Source: an uncultured cyanobacterium
GTDB lineage: Bacteria; Cyanobacteriota; Cyanobacteriia; Leptolyngbyales; Leptolyngbyaceae
Direction of reading: 5' to 3'
Length of the DNA: 64,000 bases
Assembly (NCBI GenBank): GCA_963766075.1
Contig: CAVYAN010000061.1
Span: 1-64,000, forward strand
The notes below the pieces were generated by a model that had not been told where the DNA came from, did no database searches, and saw nothing but the letters and a program-made list of their open reading frames with translations. This document shows positions 22,823-32,937 of this stretch, in pieces. The stretch's first letter is position 1. The number at the start of each line of letters is the position of its first letter. Both the position numbers and the translations under genes were made by a program.

Positions 22823-24196
22823 GTGCCACGCGCCGTTCCGCAGATGACTGAAATGCTACCCAAATCATCCATTGTGATTCGTCCCGTTCAGTACCGTGAT
22901 TTAGAAACGGTGGAGCGTTTGTGTGCCGAAGATTTGGAAGAAGATAGCATCAGTTGTTCTGCCGATCCAGAGCGCCCTTTACGGCAGTTGCGCTCCTGGA
23001 AGGGGTTTGTGCGGGGGTGCAGCGTGTTTCTGCACCCCCATCAATACATGTTTTGTGCCCAGCCCGTGGGCAAAGAAAACATTCATGGCTTAATTCGGGT
23101 CTCTCCGTTTAACCGCACCCGTACGACTTGGCGGGTGGATCAAGTCGCCTTAGATCACGGAGCCATTAATGGAGTAGTTGCTCCGTCAGACGTTGTAATG
23201 AGTGCCGTGGATGCCTTGGCGGTGGAAGCCACCGAGCCGCCCAAGCCTACTGTCACCACTCGCCCCTTTGTGTCCGATGTGGGCTCACTGCTGCTTCGCC
23301 ACTGCTTTGAGAAAATTTGGGAAGCCCGCACTTGGCTGTTGGAAGTTAATGTAAACGATAAAGAGACGCTGGCCCTCTACCGCCAAAATGGATTTCAGCC
23401 GTTGGCCCAAATGACCTACTGGGCGATCGCCGCGACCCAACTTCAAGAACTCGCCGAGCGAGAACCCGACCTGCCCAACCTGTTACCGGTGAGCAATGCC
23501 GATGCCCAGTTGCTCTATCAACTGGACACCATCGCCATGCCCCCCTTGGTGCGGCAGGTTTTTGACCGTCACCTGGCCGACTTCAAAACCAGCCTGTTGG
23601 GTTCTTTGTTTGAAGCCATCAAAAACTGGATCGGCCATACAGAAGTTATCAGCGCTTACGTGTTTGAGTCCCAGCGAAAGGCCGCGATCGGATACTTCCA
23701 AATCCGCCTCTGTCGCGATGGCTCACAGCCCCACCAAGCGCAGCTCACCGTACATCCTGCCTACACCTGGTTATATCCCGAATTGCTGTGTCAAATGGCG
23801 CGGGTTACTCAGGCCGTTGCTCCCCAATCCCTCCAACTGGCCTCGGCGGATTATCATCCCGAGCGAGAAGAATATTTGGAGCGCCTAGGCTCCGTGCGGA
23901 TTGCCCATACCTTGATGATGTCGAGATCGGTGTGGCACAAGCTCCGGGAAGCCAAGCCAGCCACCCTAGAATCCTTGCAACTCGCAGAGGTCCTCCAAGG
24001 GTTGAAGCCTGCTCGGACACCGATTCCCAGCCGCATCAGTCCCTTACCTCTCTCCGGTCCGGCGGATATGGCCTCCGACGCTTCAGGACGACCGGCATTG
24101 CCCTCGCCTCCTGCGCAACTGGGTAAGAAGTCGCGCCTGAACTTGCCAACGGCCTCTGACTTTGCTGACCCTCCCCAGCAGGGGCCTTGCTGCTAA
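22823..24196 (+). CDS. GNAT family N-acetyltransferase
   Basis: LIRVSPFNRTRTTW, LALYRQNGFQPLA and LMMSRSVWHK motifs; the usual position upstream of ruvX. Confidence 0.85.
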   Translation: MPRAVPQMTEMLPKSSIVIRPVQYRDLETVERLCAEDLEEDSISCSADPERPLRQLRSWKGFVRGCSVFLHPHQYMFCAQPVGKENIHGLIRVSPFNRTRTTWRVDQVALDHGAINGVVAPSDVVMSAVDALAVEATEPPKPTVTTRPFVSDVGSLLLRHCFEKIWEARTWLLEVNVNDKETLALYRQNGFQPLAQMTYWAIAATQLQELAEREPDLPNLLPVSNADAQLLYQLDTIAMPPLVRQVFDRHLADFKTSLLGSLFEAIKNWIGHTEVISAYVFESQRKAAIGYFQIRLCRDGSQPHQAQLTVHPAYTWLYPELLCQMARVTQAVAPQSLQLASADYHPEREEYLERLGSVRIAHTLMMSRSVWHKLREAKPATLESLQLAEVLQGLKPARTPIPSRISPLPLSGPADMASDASGRPALPSPPAQLGKKSRLNLPTASDFADPPQQGPCC

Positions 24197-24212
24197 GGGC
24201 TATCCGTAGAAA

Positions 24213-24662
24213 ATGGTGATTTCGGCGTTGGGATTGGATGTAGGGCGACGACGGATCGGTGTAGCCGGTTGCGATGGTACGGGTTTGATTGCCAGCGGTA
24301 TTACAACGATTGAGCGGCGATCGCTCGATTACGCAATTGAGGCGATTCAGCAGATTGTGCTGGAGCGCCAGGTGCAGATCCTCGTGCTGGGACTCCCCTA
24401 CGTCATGGACGGCTCCATTGGCACCCAAGCACGCCAAGTGCAAAAATTCGGGCGATCGCTCTCCAAAGCGCTCAATTTACCCGTAGAATACGTCGATGAG
24501 CGATTAACCTCGATCCAGGCTGAAGAACTGCTCCAATCGGCAGGAATTTCACCTTCCCGAAATAAAGGGCTGATTGATCGCAAAGCTGCGTGCCTGATTC
24601 TGCAACAATGGTTAGACGATCATCGTTTGCCAACGACCTATGACAAAACCCGGAATGAATGA
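24213..24662 (+). CDS. ruvX: YqgF/RuvX nuclease
   Basis: LGLDVGRRRIGVA, VLGLP, VDERLTS and IDRKAACLILQQWLD motifs. Confidence 0.95.
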   Translation: MVISALGLDVGRRRIGVAGCDGTGLIASGITTIERRSLDYAIEAIQQIVLERQVQILVLGLPYVMDGSIGTQARQVQKFGRSLSKALNLPVEYVDERLTSIQAEELLQSAGISPSRNKGLIDRKAACLILQQWLDDHRLPTTYDKTRNE

Positions 24663-25215
24663 CGACATTGAAATGGATGATGATGTGGAGGTCGTCACCC
24701 TAAAGGACGCCACCGGACGCACCATTAACTGCACCGTGGAGCACGCCATCGAACTGGATGGTGAGGAATACGTGCTGTTGTTGCCCCTTGACGCTCCTGT
24801 GGAAATATTTTCCTGGCAGGAAGCGGGGGAAGACGAAGAAGCTATCCCTGTGGAAGACGATGCTGAAATCGATCGTCTATTCCCCGTCGCCAAGGCCGTT
24901 TTAGAGGAGCATAATCTAACCCTGAAGCGCTCTGCTGTGACGCTGACGGTAGAAGGTGACTTGCCCGACTACATGGAAGAGGATTTTCTTGAAGAAGAAT
25001 CTGCCGAGGAAGAAGAAGAGCTGCAATTCTTAGCTAGCTTTTACTCGGAGGAACAAGAATATGGGGTCTATGCACCCCTAGACCCTTTTTTCATCCTGGC
25101 CCGCTTGGATGAGCACAACAATCCCCAACTCCTCTCTCCGGAAGAGCTCGAAAAGCTAGAGCCTCTACTGCCCATGATTGAGGATGAATTACTCAATCAG
25201 TTAGATGAAGACTAG
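24640..25215 (+). CDS. DUF3727 (DUF1292-like) acidic protein
   Basis: YVLLLPLD, LTLKRSAVTLTVEG and YGVYAPLDP motifs; follows ruvX. Confidence 0.85.
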   Translation: MTKPGMNDDIEMDDDVEVVTLKDATGRTINCTVEHAIELDGEEYVLLLPLDAPVEIFSWQEAGEDEEAIPVEDDAEIDRLFPVAKAVLEEHNLTLKRSAVTLTVEGDLPDYMEEDFLEEESAEEEEELQFLASFYSEEQEYGVYAPLDPFFILARLDEHNNPQLLSPEELEKLEPLLPMIEDELLNQLDED

Positions 25216-25375
25216 TCTCTAGGGCGTCCGTAGGGAACGATTGGAAATGGTGTAACCCCTTAAATACGGCGGTTCCACCTAAAGTTGGAGTGCTCATTCG
25301 CCAAAAAATTCGAGCGCTCATTTTCTTAAAAAATCATCCCAGGAAATTGGGTTACCCTGCGGGAAGCCAGCTACC

Positions 25376-25421
25376 ACTCCGCTCAACCCGCGATGGTTGA
25401 AGGTTGAGCGGAGTCGAAACC
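25376..25421. repeat. REP-like short palindromic element
   Basis: 13-bp inverted repeat ACTCCGCTCAACC (25376-25388) / GGTTGAGCGGAGT (25402-25414), followed by CGAAACC. Confidence 0.65.
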
Positions 25422-25475
25422 TGATTCACGGGCAGATTATTTTTATGGAAGTCCCTTACACAAAGAATCAACCAA

Positions 25476-25523
25476 AAATCAGAGCGCTCATTCTCTATAG
25501 GGGTGGAATGAGCGCTCTGATTT
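25476..25523. repeat. 18-bp inverted repeat between convergent genes (terminator or repeat element)
   Basis: AAATCAGAGCGCTCATTC-N12-GAATGAGCGCTCTGATTT; the core GAG(C/T)GCTCATT also occurs at 25288 and 25312. Confidence 0.7.
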
Positions 25524-25696
25524 AGCATTTATTGAGACTTAAGTTTAGGGTCTTTATTAAGCTGACCCCATTTGAATTGTTATTATAATCGCACAATATT
25601 CCGGCGAAACTGCCCAGTTTAATATTTTCTTTGTATTCCCTCCGTTCAAGATTGGTACGGTTTTACGTCTTTTTTGACCGCTTTATTCATGATCCT

Positions 25697-26224
25697 TTAG
25701 GGTAGCTTACCCGGGAGCGGCGGTGCTCCCAATTGGTGAGACAGCCAAAATTCAAAGGTGTGTAGCGGCGATCGCCGCTGTATCGCGTTTAATTCCACCA
25801 TGGGCTCCACCAACACCGTAAACATGCCCAACCGATTGCCCGCCAGAACATCGGTAAATAGGCGATCGCCCACCATACCAACTTGGTGCGGCATCAAGTT
25901 CATGGCCTGCACCGCTTTTCGCAACTTTCGCCGCGACGGCTTGCCCGCGCCCGCAATATAGGGCAGGCGCAGCATCTCGGCAATGCGCTGAATCCGTGGT
26001 TCGCTAATGTTATTGCTTACTAGCCAAATATCCGCCACCTGTTGCATTGCCATCACCCACGGCAAAATTTCGGCAGACATTTCGGCCATACGAATCGGTA
26101 CTAGAGTTTCATCAACATCCAGGACTAAGCCCTTGAGCCCATTTTGCTGCACCATTTCTGGAGTGAGCTTCAGAATTGTCCCCGCGAGAAACAGATCCGG
26201 TTGTAACAGTTTTCCCCAAGACAT
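25697..26224 (-). CDS. yqeG: YqeG family HAD IIIA phosphatase
   Basis: LDVDETL, LVSNN, AGKPS and VGDRLFTDVLAGNRLG motifs. Confidence 0.92.
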   Translation of the reverse strand: MSWGKLLQPDLFLAGTILKLTPEMVQQNGLKGLVLDVDETLVPIRMAEMSAEILPWVMAMQQVADIWLVSNNISEPRIQRIAEMLRLPYIAGAGKPSRRKLRKAVQAMNLMPHQVGMVGDRLFTDVLAGNRLGMFTVLVEPMVELNAIQRRSPLHTFEFWLSHQLGAPPLPGKLP

Positions 26225-26277
26225 AGGTAAGAAGAATAAAGAGTAGAAGAACCAGAGAAGGAGCCAAAGGCGTTAAT

Positions 26278-27378
26278 TTATCCTTTTTTCTTCTCAGCAT
26301 CGCGCCGATCATGGATAGCATCCTGCGCCGCCAAATGCTCCTCCATGGTGCGACTGAAAATATGCGTCCCATCATAGCGAGCCACGAAGTAGAGGTAATC
26401 CGTAGTTTCTGGGGCTAGGGTCGCTTGGAGGCTGGCCAAACCGGGACTGGCGATCGCCGTTGGCGGCAAACCGACATTGATATAGGTATTGTAGGGGTTC
26501 GGAGTATTGACTTGGGCAAAAGTGAGGGGGCGATCGGGGGTTTGCTTCACCCCTAACCCATATTCCACGGTGGGATCGGACCCAAAGCCATACCTTTTTT
26601 GAGCCGATTGGTAAAGACTCCAGCAATCCGCTGTCGCTCCGTGGCGACGACGGCTTCTTTTTCGACAATGCTAGAGAGCGTCACCCACTGGGCCAGGGTC
26701 ATCGAGGTTTGACCGCGGGCTTGCTGGTAAACCGGCAGAGCCACTTGCTCAAACCGCTTTAACATTTGCTGTACCACTTCTGCCGCCGTTACGGCGGTTG
26801 CCGTCTGATAAGTATCGGGATAGAGATAGCCTTCTAAACGAGCAGCGCCCCGAGGCAAGTCGGCAGGTAACCAGGGATACTCGCTCGGGGCGACTTTACT
26901 GGTGGCATCGATAAATTCCTGGGCAGAGAACCACCCGTTTTGCTGGAAATAGTCGGCCATTTGCCGAACGGACCAGCCTTCAGGAATCGTAAAACTGAGC
27001 TGCATCACGTCGCCTTGCCAAACCTTCGGCAGCGATCGCTTGCATCGGCTCTGTTTTAGAAAACTCATACGTCCCGGCCTTAAATCCCCCTTCAGGATTG
27101 TGCAGCATCAGCCAACGGGACCACAAACTCCACGCCTGAGTAGAACGAATCACCCCTAGGGCCTGCAAATCCTGGCCGATCTCCTGGGCAGAACTGCCCG
27201 TAGGCACCTTCAGTTTGACAGTTTTGGTAGGAGCCATGGCCATCGGGGACGTAACTGTGGACCACCATGACCATGCTTGCCATCCAGACAGTCCCAGCGC
27301 CAGAAGGATTAAGACCAATCCAATGGGGACCGAACGATTCGGCTTGTTTGCCTTGGGCGATTGCTTTGCCACATTCAT
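26278..27378 (-). CDS. mltG: Endolytic transglycosylase MltG; two frameshifts (about 27027 and 26582)
   Basis: Three overlapping ORFs carry in order TM+FKAGTY, TIPEGW...LEGYLYPDTY...SIVEKE, and PYNTY...GLPPTAIASPG...YLYFV. Confidence 0.9.
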
Positions 27379-27551
27379 GGGGGATTGTAAGGGTGATGCC
27401 AAAACTGCCTGTCTAGGGTACATGCAGAATGGGGATTCGTCCATGTTTCATGGCCCAATCTTTAATTTCTGGCAGCCGTAATCTTGCCCCTAGACGTCGC
27501 TACGGGGAGAGCCAGTGGTTTGGACCACTGTAATAACCATGCCATTAGCCA

Positions 27552-28859
27552 TTAATTATCCCCATTGGGATAGTTTTGCTCCGGATTAATCAAGCGTAGG
27601 AGCTTTTGTTTGACTTGGGCATCAAAAACGGTCCATTTCATTTTGGCGTAGTCGGAGCTTTCGGTGCAACCGGAGAGGAAGCCCAGGGGAATTTCAAACC
27701 CACCGGCCTGGGAGCGCCCACCCCCGAAGTAGCGACCTTGGGCATCTTGGCCAAAGGCTTCCTTGATGAATTCATCGGGATCGAGGGTCAATTTATTGGT
27801 CCGTAGGGAGCCGACCACAACCTCAAGCTCATCATCATCGTCATGGACGATGCCATAGACTACAGCGGTATGAACATTTTCCTCAGTGACGAGAAAATCA
27901 GCAGCTTGGGGAATCGCATCGCGATCGTCATAGCGCAGATAGCCAACCCCCGCAATGGAAAAGTTGTTGCGGACAAAGCGATTTTTTAGCGATCGCTCAA
28001 TCACATCCATCACCTGTTTCGATCGCGACGACTGGAGCACCGCATTCAGCAACTGCGCGTCGCAGAAACGGCTCAGGTAGGCAGCGGCCAGAAAATCTTC
28101 TTCCTGGGCCTGCATCAAACGATTGGTGTCGGAGCGGAGGCCATGCATCAAGGCCGTGGCGCATTTGACATGCTCGTTAGTGCTGTTGTCCAGTTTCAGT
28201 AATCCGGCCTGCAAGTACTGGGTGAGAATCGTCGCCGTGGCCCGAGTGTGGGGCCGAATATCCATGAACTCCGATCGCAAATCGCCCTGGAGACTGTGGT
28301 GGTCAATGATCACCGCGATCGGCACCTTCGCATGTTGCAGATAGGTCATCATTTGGCTCGTGGTGCCCTGGTTGTCAATCAGTACACAGCCTTGATAAAG
28401 CGATAAATCCTTAGTCTTGAGGGTTTGTAGAGTCCAGCGCTGCACCGGCAAACTCGTAAGCTTGACCAGGGCAATATTTTCCTGATGGCTGAGAGTACCG
28501 GCATAGACCATATCAGTCTGGATGTCGTATTTTTGGGCAATCAACTTATAGGTCCATCCGGAAGCCAGCGCATCGGGATCGGGAAAGTCTTGCAGGACAA
28601 TCAATTGCCGATCGCCCCGATGGCGCTCTAGGGTCTGGCGAAAGGCTTCGACCTTTTGGCTTTGTTCAGTGGAGCGGGGAATGTCGTAGCCAAAGGGCTG
28701 AATGAGTGGACTGCCAGGGTGGGGCGGCACGCGATCGGGAATCGCCTTGGGCAACGTAGACAGCAGGGCGTATTCCGTTGAGCTTGAGGGTGGGTCCTCG
28801 GAGTCCGGGGTCTCAACTACGGTTAATACAGTATCAAAGGACGGAAGAGACTCAGGCAT
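27552..28859 (-). CDS. DHH family phosphoesterase (NrnA-like)
   Basis: QDFPDPDALAS, IDHH, GLRSDT and GGGRSQAGG motifs; ATG 28859 chosen as start. Confidence 0.88.
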   Translation of the reverse strand: MPESLPSFDTVLTVVETPDSEDPPSSSTEYALLSTLPKAIPDRVPPHPGSPLIQPFGYDIPRSTEQSQKVEAFRQTLERHRGDRQLIVLQDFPDPDALASGWTYKLIAQKYDIQTDMVYAGTLSHQENIALVKLTSLPVQRWTLQTLKTKDLSLYQGCVLIDNQGTTSQMMTYLQHAKVPIAVIIDHHSLQGDLRSEFMDIRPHTRATATILTQYLQAGLLKLDNSTNEHVKCATALMHGLRSDTNRLMQAQEEDFLAAAYLSRFCDAQLLNAVLQSSRSKQVMDVIERSLKNRFVRNNFSIAGVGYLRYDDRDAIPQAADFLVTEENVHTAVVYGIVHDDDDELEVVVGSLRTNKLTLDPDEFIKEAFGQDAQGRYFGGGRSQAGGFEIPLGFLSGCTESSDYAKMKWTVFDAQVKQKLLRLINPEQNYPNGDN

Positions 28860-29022
28860 AGTAAGGGGAACCAGAAGGGTGAGGCAAAAGTGAAGTCGGT
28901 CACCGCAACAAATTTGGTGGGGGCTTGCGCTTAGCGATGGATGTTTTGATCTTCGCAAAAAAACTCGAAAACAGCTATAGGGAAAAAGAGAGAGTTTACG
29001 GACTCTTTGCCATCGCTTCCGG

Positions 29023-30618
29023 TTATGCATCCAGGATATGGGCACTGTCGAGGATGCTAGAATTATTTTTTTCCAGGGGTAGAAACACGGTCATTACTTC
29101 TCCCTGCTCGGGACGATGGCGGACAATTAGCTTGCCTCCCAGGGCGTGGAATAGATTTTTGGTCACGGCCATATTGAGGCTGAGGCTGCCCGTTTCCGGC
29201 TGAAACATGAGGACTTGGCCCAGCGATCGCAGCTTTGACTTGCGGGACTGGAGGCATTTGGCAGAATCCGCCGCCAGTTGCGATCGCAACTGCACCTTGA
29301 GCTGATTACCCGCAGGGGTAACTTCCACCCAAATGTGACTGCCAGCGGGTAAACTGCGGGTAAACCGCTCGATCAAGCTGGTGAGCGCCTGATCGAGCAT
29401 AGAGGGGTCACTGACGACCATTGGCGTGCACTGGGGCAAGACCACCTCCAGGATTAAGCTGCGCTGACTGGCCTGCTGCTGCCAGCGGGGAATGCTGGTC
29501 TCAAACATTTGGGCAAGGGACGTTCGGGTTAAAGAGGCCGATGCCGTTTGCGCCGAGGTAGTTTCTAGTTCAACAGCACGAAAGATTAAGCCAAAGCGAT
29601 CAATTTGTTCACTGCATTCCCGATCAATCAGCCCCAAGCGCTTGATTACATCGGCATGGAGATCCTTGCGCTTAAGCAAGAGCCGGGTGAGGGTCCGAAT
29701 AGTGGTCAGGGGGGTGCGGATTTCGTGGGCCAGTGCCTGCAATAATTCCACATCCAACGCTGGGGGTAGCGGCTGGGAATCGGCAAAAGCCTGGGATTCC
29801 GATGTGGCAACATCCATCGCGTCGTCAGCGATCGCATCATTATCTTTCGCACGCCCCCATGTGACGCGCTGGCTTGACCCATCGATGCCCTTAGCGCTAG
29901 TCCGTCTCTCTTCTTTTACAGCCTTTTCCTCCTCGGGCAAGTGCGCCAGCAGCAACCGACTAAACTGCATCACCGTTTGATAATCCGGCACCATCGGGGG
30001 GAACAGACGAATCCCATGGTCGAGGGCGGCTACCTGCTCTGCACTGGTCAGCAGGACGCGGGGACGCAACACTTCCCACACCCGCTCCACGACCTCCGGC
30101 AGAAAAGAGAAGCGGAATGCCGAAGAGTCGTCGAGCCCCGACGCTAGTACCATGACAAGACTAAATCGAGGCGTCAAAACGAGACAAAACTGTTCTGTGG
30201 CCAAGGGGTCGCCGGGTAGTAGAGACAGGGCAGGGGGCAGGGCATCATCCACAACAACCCAGTCAGTGGCAGCGGGCAAAAGCTGAAACGGCATCCAAAA
30301 GGGAGTATCGAGACGATGGGTGGTGAGGGTCCAGGTGAGAAAGTTTTTTATAAATTCCGGCTGGCTCACCACTGGCAATGGTCCCGAAACCACCATGCCG
30401 TAAGGCTCTCCTGAATCTTGGTTTTCCTGGTCACTGGGATGTGGGCTTTGCAGCATGACGGTCAGCGCGGCGATCGCCCCTCGCCACTCCCGCTGCGCCC
30501 GCCCCTCCGACAACCCGGTCCCAGCTTCAAGGGCAACCCAGGTCGGGTCATTCAGCGCCACAATTTCACTCACCGTTGGCAATAACCACTTGGGCACAAC
30601 CATCACCCCTCTAAACAC
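29023..30618 (-). CDS. Soluble sensor histidine kinase with degenerate HATPase domain (Hik34-like)
   Basis: H-box LAHEIRTPLTTIRTL; C-terminal FQPETGSLSLNMAVTKNLFHALGG lacks the canonical N and G boxes. Confidence 0.8.
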   Translation of the reverse strand: MFRGVMVVPKWLLPTVSEIVALNDPTWVALEAGTGLSEGRAQREWRGAIAALTVMLQSPHPSDQENQDSGEPYGMVVSGPLPVVSQPEFIKNFLTWTLTTHRLDTPFWMPFQLLPAATDWVVVDDALPPALSLLPGDPLATEQFCLVLTPRFSLVMVLASGLDDSSAFRFSFLPEVVERVWEVLRPRVLLTSAEQVAALDHGIRLFPPMVPDYQTVMQFSRLLLAHLPEEEKAVKEERRTSAKGIDGSSQRVTWGRAKDNDAIADDAMDVATSESQAFADSQPLPPALDVELLQALAHEIRTPLTTIRTLTRLLLKRKDLHADVIKRLGLIDRECSEQIDRFGLIFRAVELETTSAQTASASLTRTSLAQMFETSIPRWQQQASQRSLILEVVLPQCTPMVVSDPSMLDQALTSLIERFTRSLPAGSHIWVEVTPAGNQLKVQLRSQLAADSAKCLQSRKSKLRSLGQVLMFQPETGSLSLNMAVTKNLFHALGGKLIVRHRPEQGEVMTVFLPLEKNNSSILDSAHILDA

Positions 30619-30860
30619 CAGTAACCCAGAATCACAGCCCTCGCCTGTCTTAGCATCCTATACCCGTGTCAGCATCCTATATAAGACGGTATCCGGATCC
30701 TGCTCAGAACGGTAGGCGTTGAACCGTACAAAATAGGGTGCGATCGCCGAAATCAGACCAATATGGGACGGTCGCTCGTCACTCAGGACTGTTACGCCGG
30801 CGCGGAATGGGGGCACGATAGATTTGGCAATTGTTCCATGCATAGGTTAAGGAGAATTCC

Positions 30861-31798
30861 ATGTCTGCCACGCACACCAAGTACAGGCTGGTCACCCGCA
30901 GCGATTTTGATGGACTGGCTTGTGCCGTTTTGCTGAAGGAAATGGATCTGATTGATGATATTCAGTTTGTCCATCCCAAGGATATGCAGGACGGCAAGAT
31001 TGCCATTGGCGATCGCGACATCACCACCAATCTTCCCTTTGTGGCTGGGGCACACCTCGTTTTTGATCACCATGCCAGTGAAATGATTCGGGTGATAGGA
31101 ACTTTAGAAAATCACGTCATCGATCCCGATGCTCCCTCTGCAGCTCGGGTCGTCTACAACTATTTTGGTGGCAACGAACGCTTTTCCACAATCGCACCGG
31201 ATATGATGGCCGCCGTGGACAAAGCAGATTCAGCGCAGTTTAGCCGTGAAGAGGTACTGAACCCCACGGGGTGGACCCTGCTGAACTTCTTGATGGATGC
31301 TCGCACTGGCCTAGGACGGTTCAAGGATTTCCGCATTTCCAACTACCAACTGATGATGGAGCTGATTGACTACTGTAAGCATCATACGATTGAAGAGATT
31401 TTGGCATTGCCAGACGTGCAGGAGCGGGTCGAGCTGTATTTTGCCCATGCCATACCGTTTCAAGAGCAACTCAAGCGTTGTGCCAAGGTATACGGCAATC
31501 TAGTGGTCCTAGACCTGCGGCAGGAAGAAATGATTTACGCGGGCAACCGCTTCATGATTTATGCACTCTTCCCAGAGTGCAATATTTCGATCCATCTGGT
31601 GTGGGGTTTACAGCGCAAGAATACGTCATTTGCTGTGGGCAAGTCTATTTTTAACCGCACCTCCAAGACCCATATCGGAGAGCTAATGCTGACCTACCAT
31701 GGGGGGGACATGCTAATGCAGGCACCTGCCAAATTGACAACAACGCGGTTGAGTTTGTACTGCAGGAGCTAATTGATCAGATTAATGCCGATGGATAA
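30861..31798 (+). CDS. DHH-superfamily phosphoesterase (often annotated exopolyphosphatase-like); frameshift in the G7 run at 31701-31707
   Basis: RLVTRSDFDGL and FDHH motifs; adding one G restores GGGHANAGTCQ and a stop at 31796-31798. Confidence 0.85.
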
Positions 31799-31906
31799 CC
31801 GACGGTCTGTGATCGGGGTAAGGTTCACTTACCCCAAATTGCATTCCCCAGACTAGCCCTAAACCCTCATCCAACTAACGGTCCAAGGCCATCAACTTTA
31901 GAGCCA

Positions 31907-32208
31907 TGGTCCACAGAAATGTTTTCCCCAGGTTTCACAGGTTTTGCCCTGACTTTTCAATAGGTTATCCACAGCCTGTCCCCAAGAGTGTTCATAACTC
32001 GTAAAAAGCCTGCACAGCAACAGATTTGGGGAATTATCAAAGCAGTTTTAACCCTAAAAATTTTAAAGTTTGAGTCATTTCAAATTTGTTGCATTTCTTA
32101 ATGATTACTATGGGTTTCCCCACACATTCCACATCGTTTCCCCGTAATTAGAGTGGTTTTCCCCATACTTTCCACAGGTTCTCCCCACGATCCCCAGACT
32201 TCTCCACA
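31907..32208 (+). promoter_or_regulatory. Two clusters of co-oriented DnaA-box-like 9-mers flanking an AT-rich spacer
   Basis: Perfect TTATCCACA at 31965; TTTTCCCCA at 31922 and 32157; CTTTCCACA 32168; TTCTCCCCA 32179; TTCTCCACA 32200; CATTCCACA 32125; mostly 11-bp spacing. Confidence 0.7.
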
Positions 32209-32685
32209 ATCGCCACGCAGGCATCGGCCTTTGGTGATTCTGATCCCACAAGGCAAAAACCCGAGCCATTTCTATTCTACAAGTCTGTCTTAATAAAGTT
32301 GTGTAACAAAAAGCGGCTTAAAACCCCTATTCCTCCGTTGATTGACAGCGTTGGTTCATCCGTTCGTAACATTTCACAACATTGACAACTCGGGGGGGGT
32401 ACCGGCACAATTAGGCGACCAACAACAAAGCGCTCCCAACGCTGACCGACTCAAAGCCGCTCGACATGGACCACTCGGACTATAGCTCGCGGCCAGAGCA
32501 ACTCAGCGTTTGGATTGGCGCTAGTTTTTGCTGCTTTCCAACAACCTGAGTAGAGGCGTTGTTCGCAGCGTCTCTACTATTCATTCCCATCATTCCTATT
32601 CATTCCCACTGCGATCGCCGAACTAACATCGATTTCACGTTTCATCGATCGCGCCCATACCCTTCCATTCCCCCCCATTCAAAGC

Positions 32686-32931
32686 ATGCAAAATTCTATG
32701 GACACCAGCATTAGCCTCCTGATCGAAGTTCCTGAAGTCCTCCATGATGCCCTCAAAAACTATCTAGAAGTTCGTCCTGACTGGGATCAGAATCGGGTAT
32801 TCACCGCAGCCCTATCCCTATTTCTCTTGCAAAATCGTGGCACCGAAGCCCTTCCCGAAAAGCCCTACCAACGCCAAGCTTCTCGCATCTATCTCGACAC
32901 TCTTTTTAAGCGCCCCATCGGGCAAAACTAG
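32686..32931 (+). CDS. DUF2811 domain-containing protein
   Basis: EVPEVLHDALKNYLEVRPDWDQNRVFTAALSLFLLQN signature. Confidence 0.85.
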   Translation: MQNSMDTSISLLIEVPEVLHDALKNYLEVRPDWDQNRVFTAALSLFLLQNRGTEALPEKPYQRQASRIYLDTLFKRPIGQN

Positions 32932-32937
32932 AGGCGT

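Noticed and set aside
26553..27068. Programmed ribosomal frameshifting in mltG and the other split genes
   Set aside because: No shared slippery heptamer or stimulatory structure is evident, shifts go in both directions, and many unrelated genes are affected; error is the simpler explanation.
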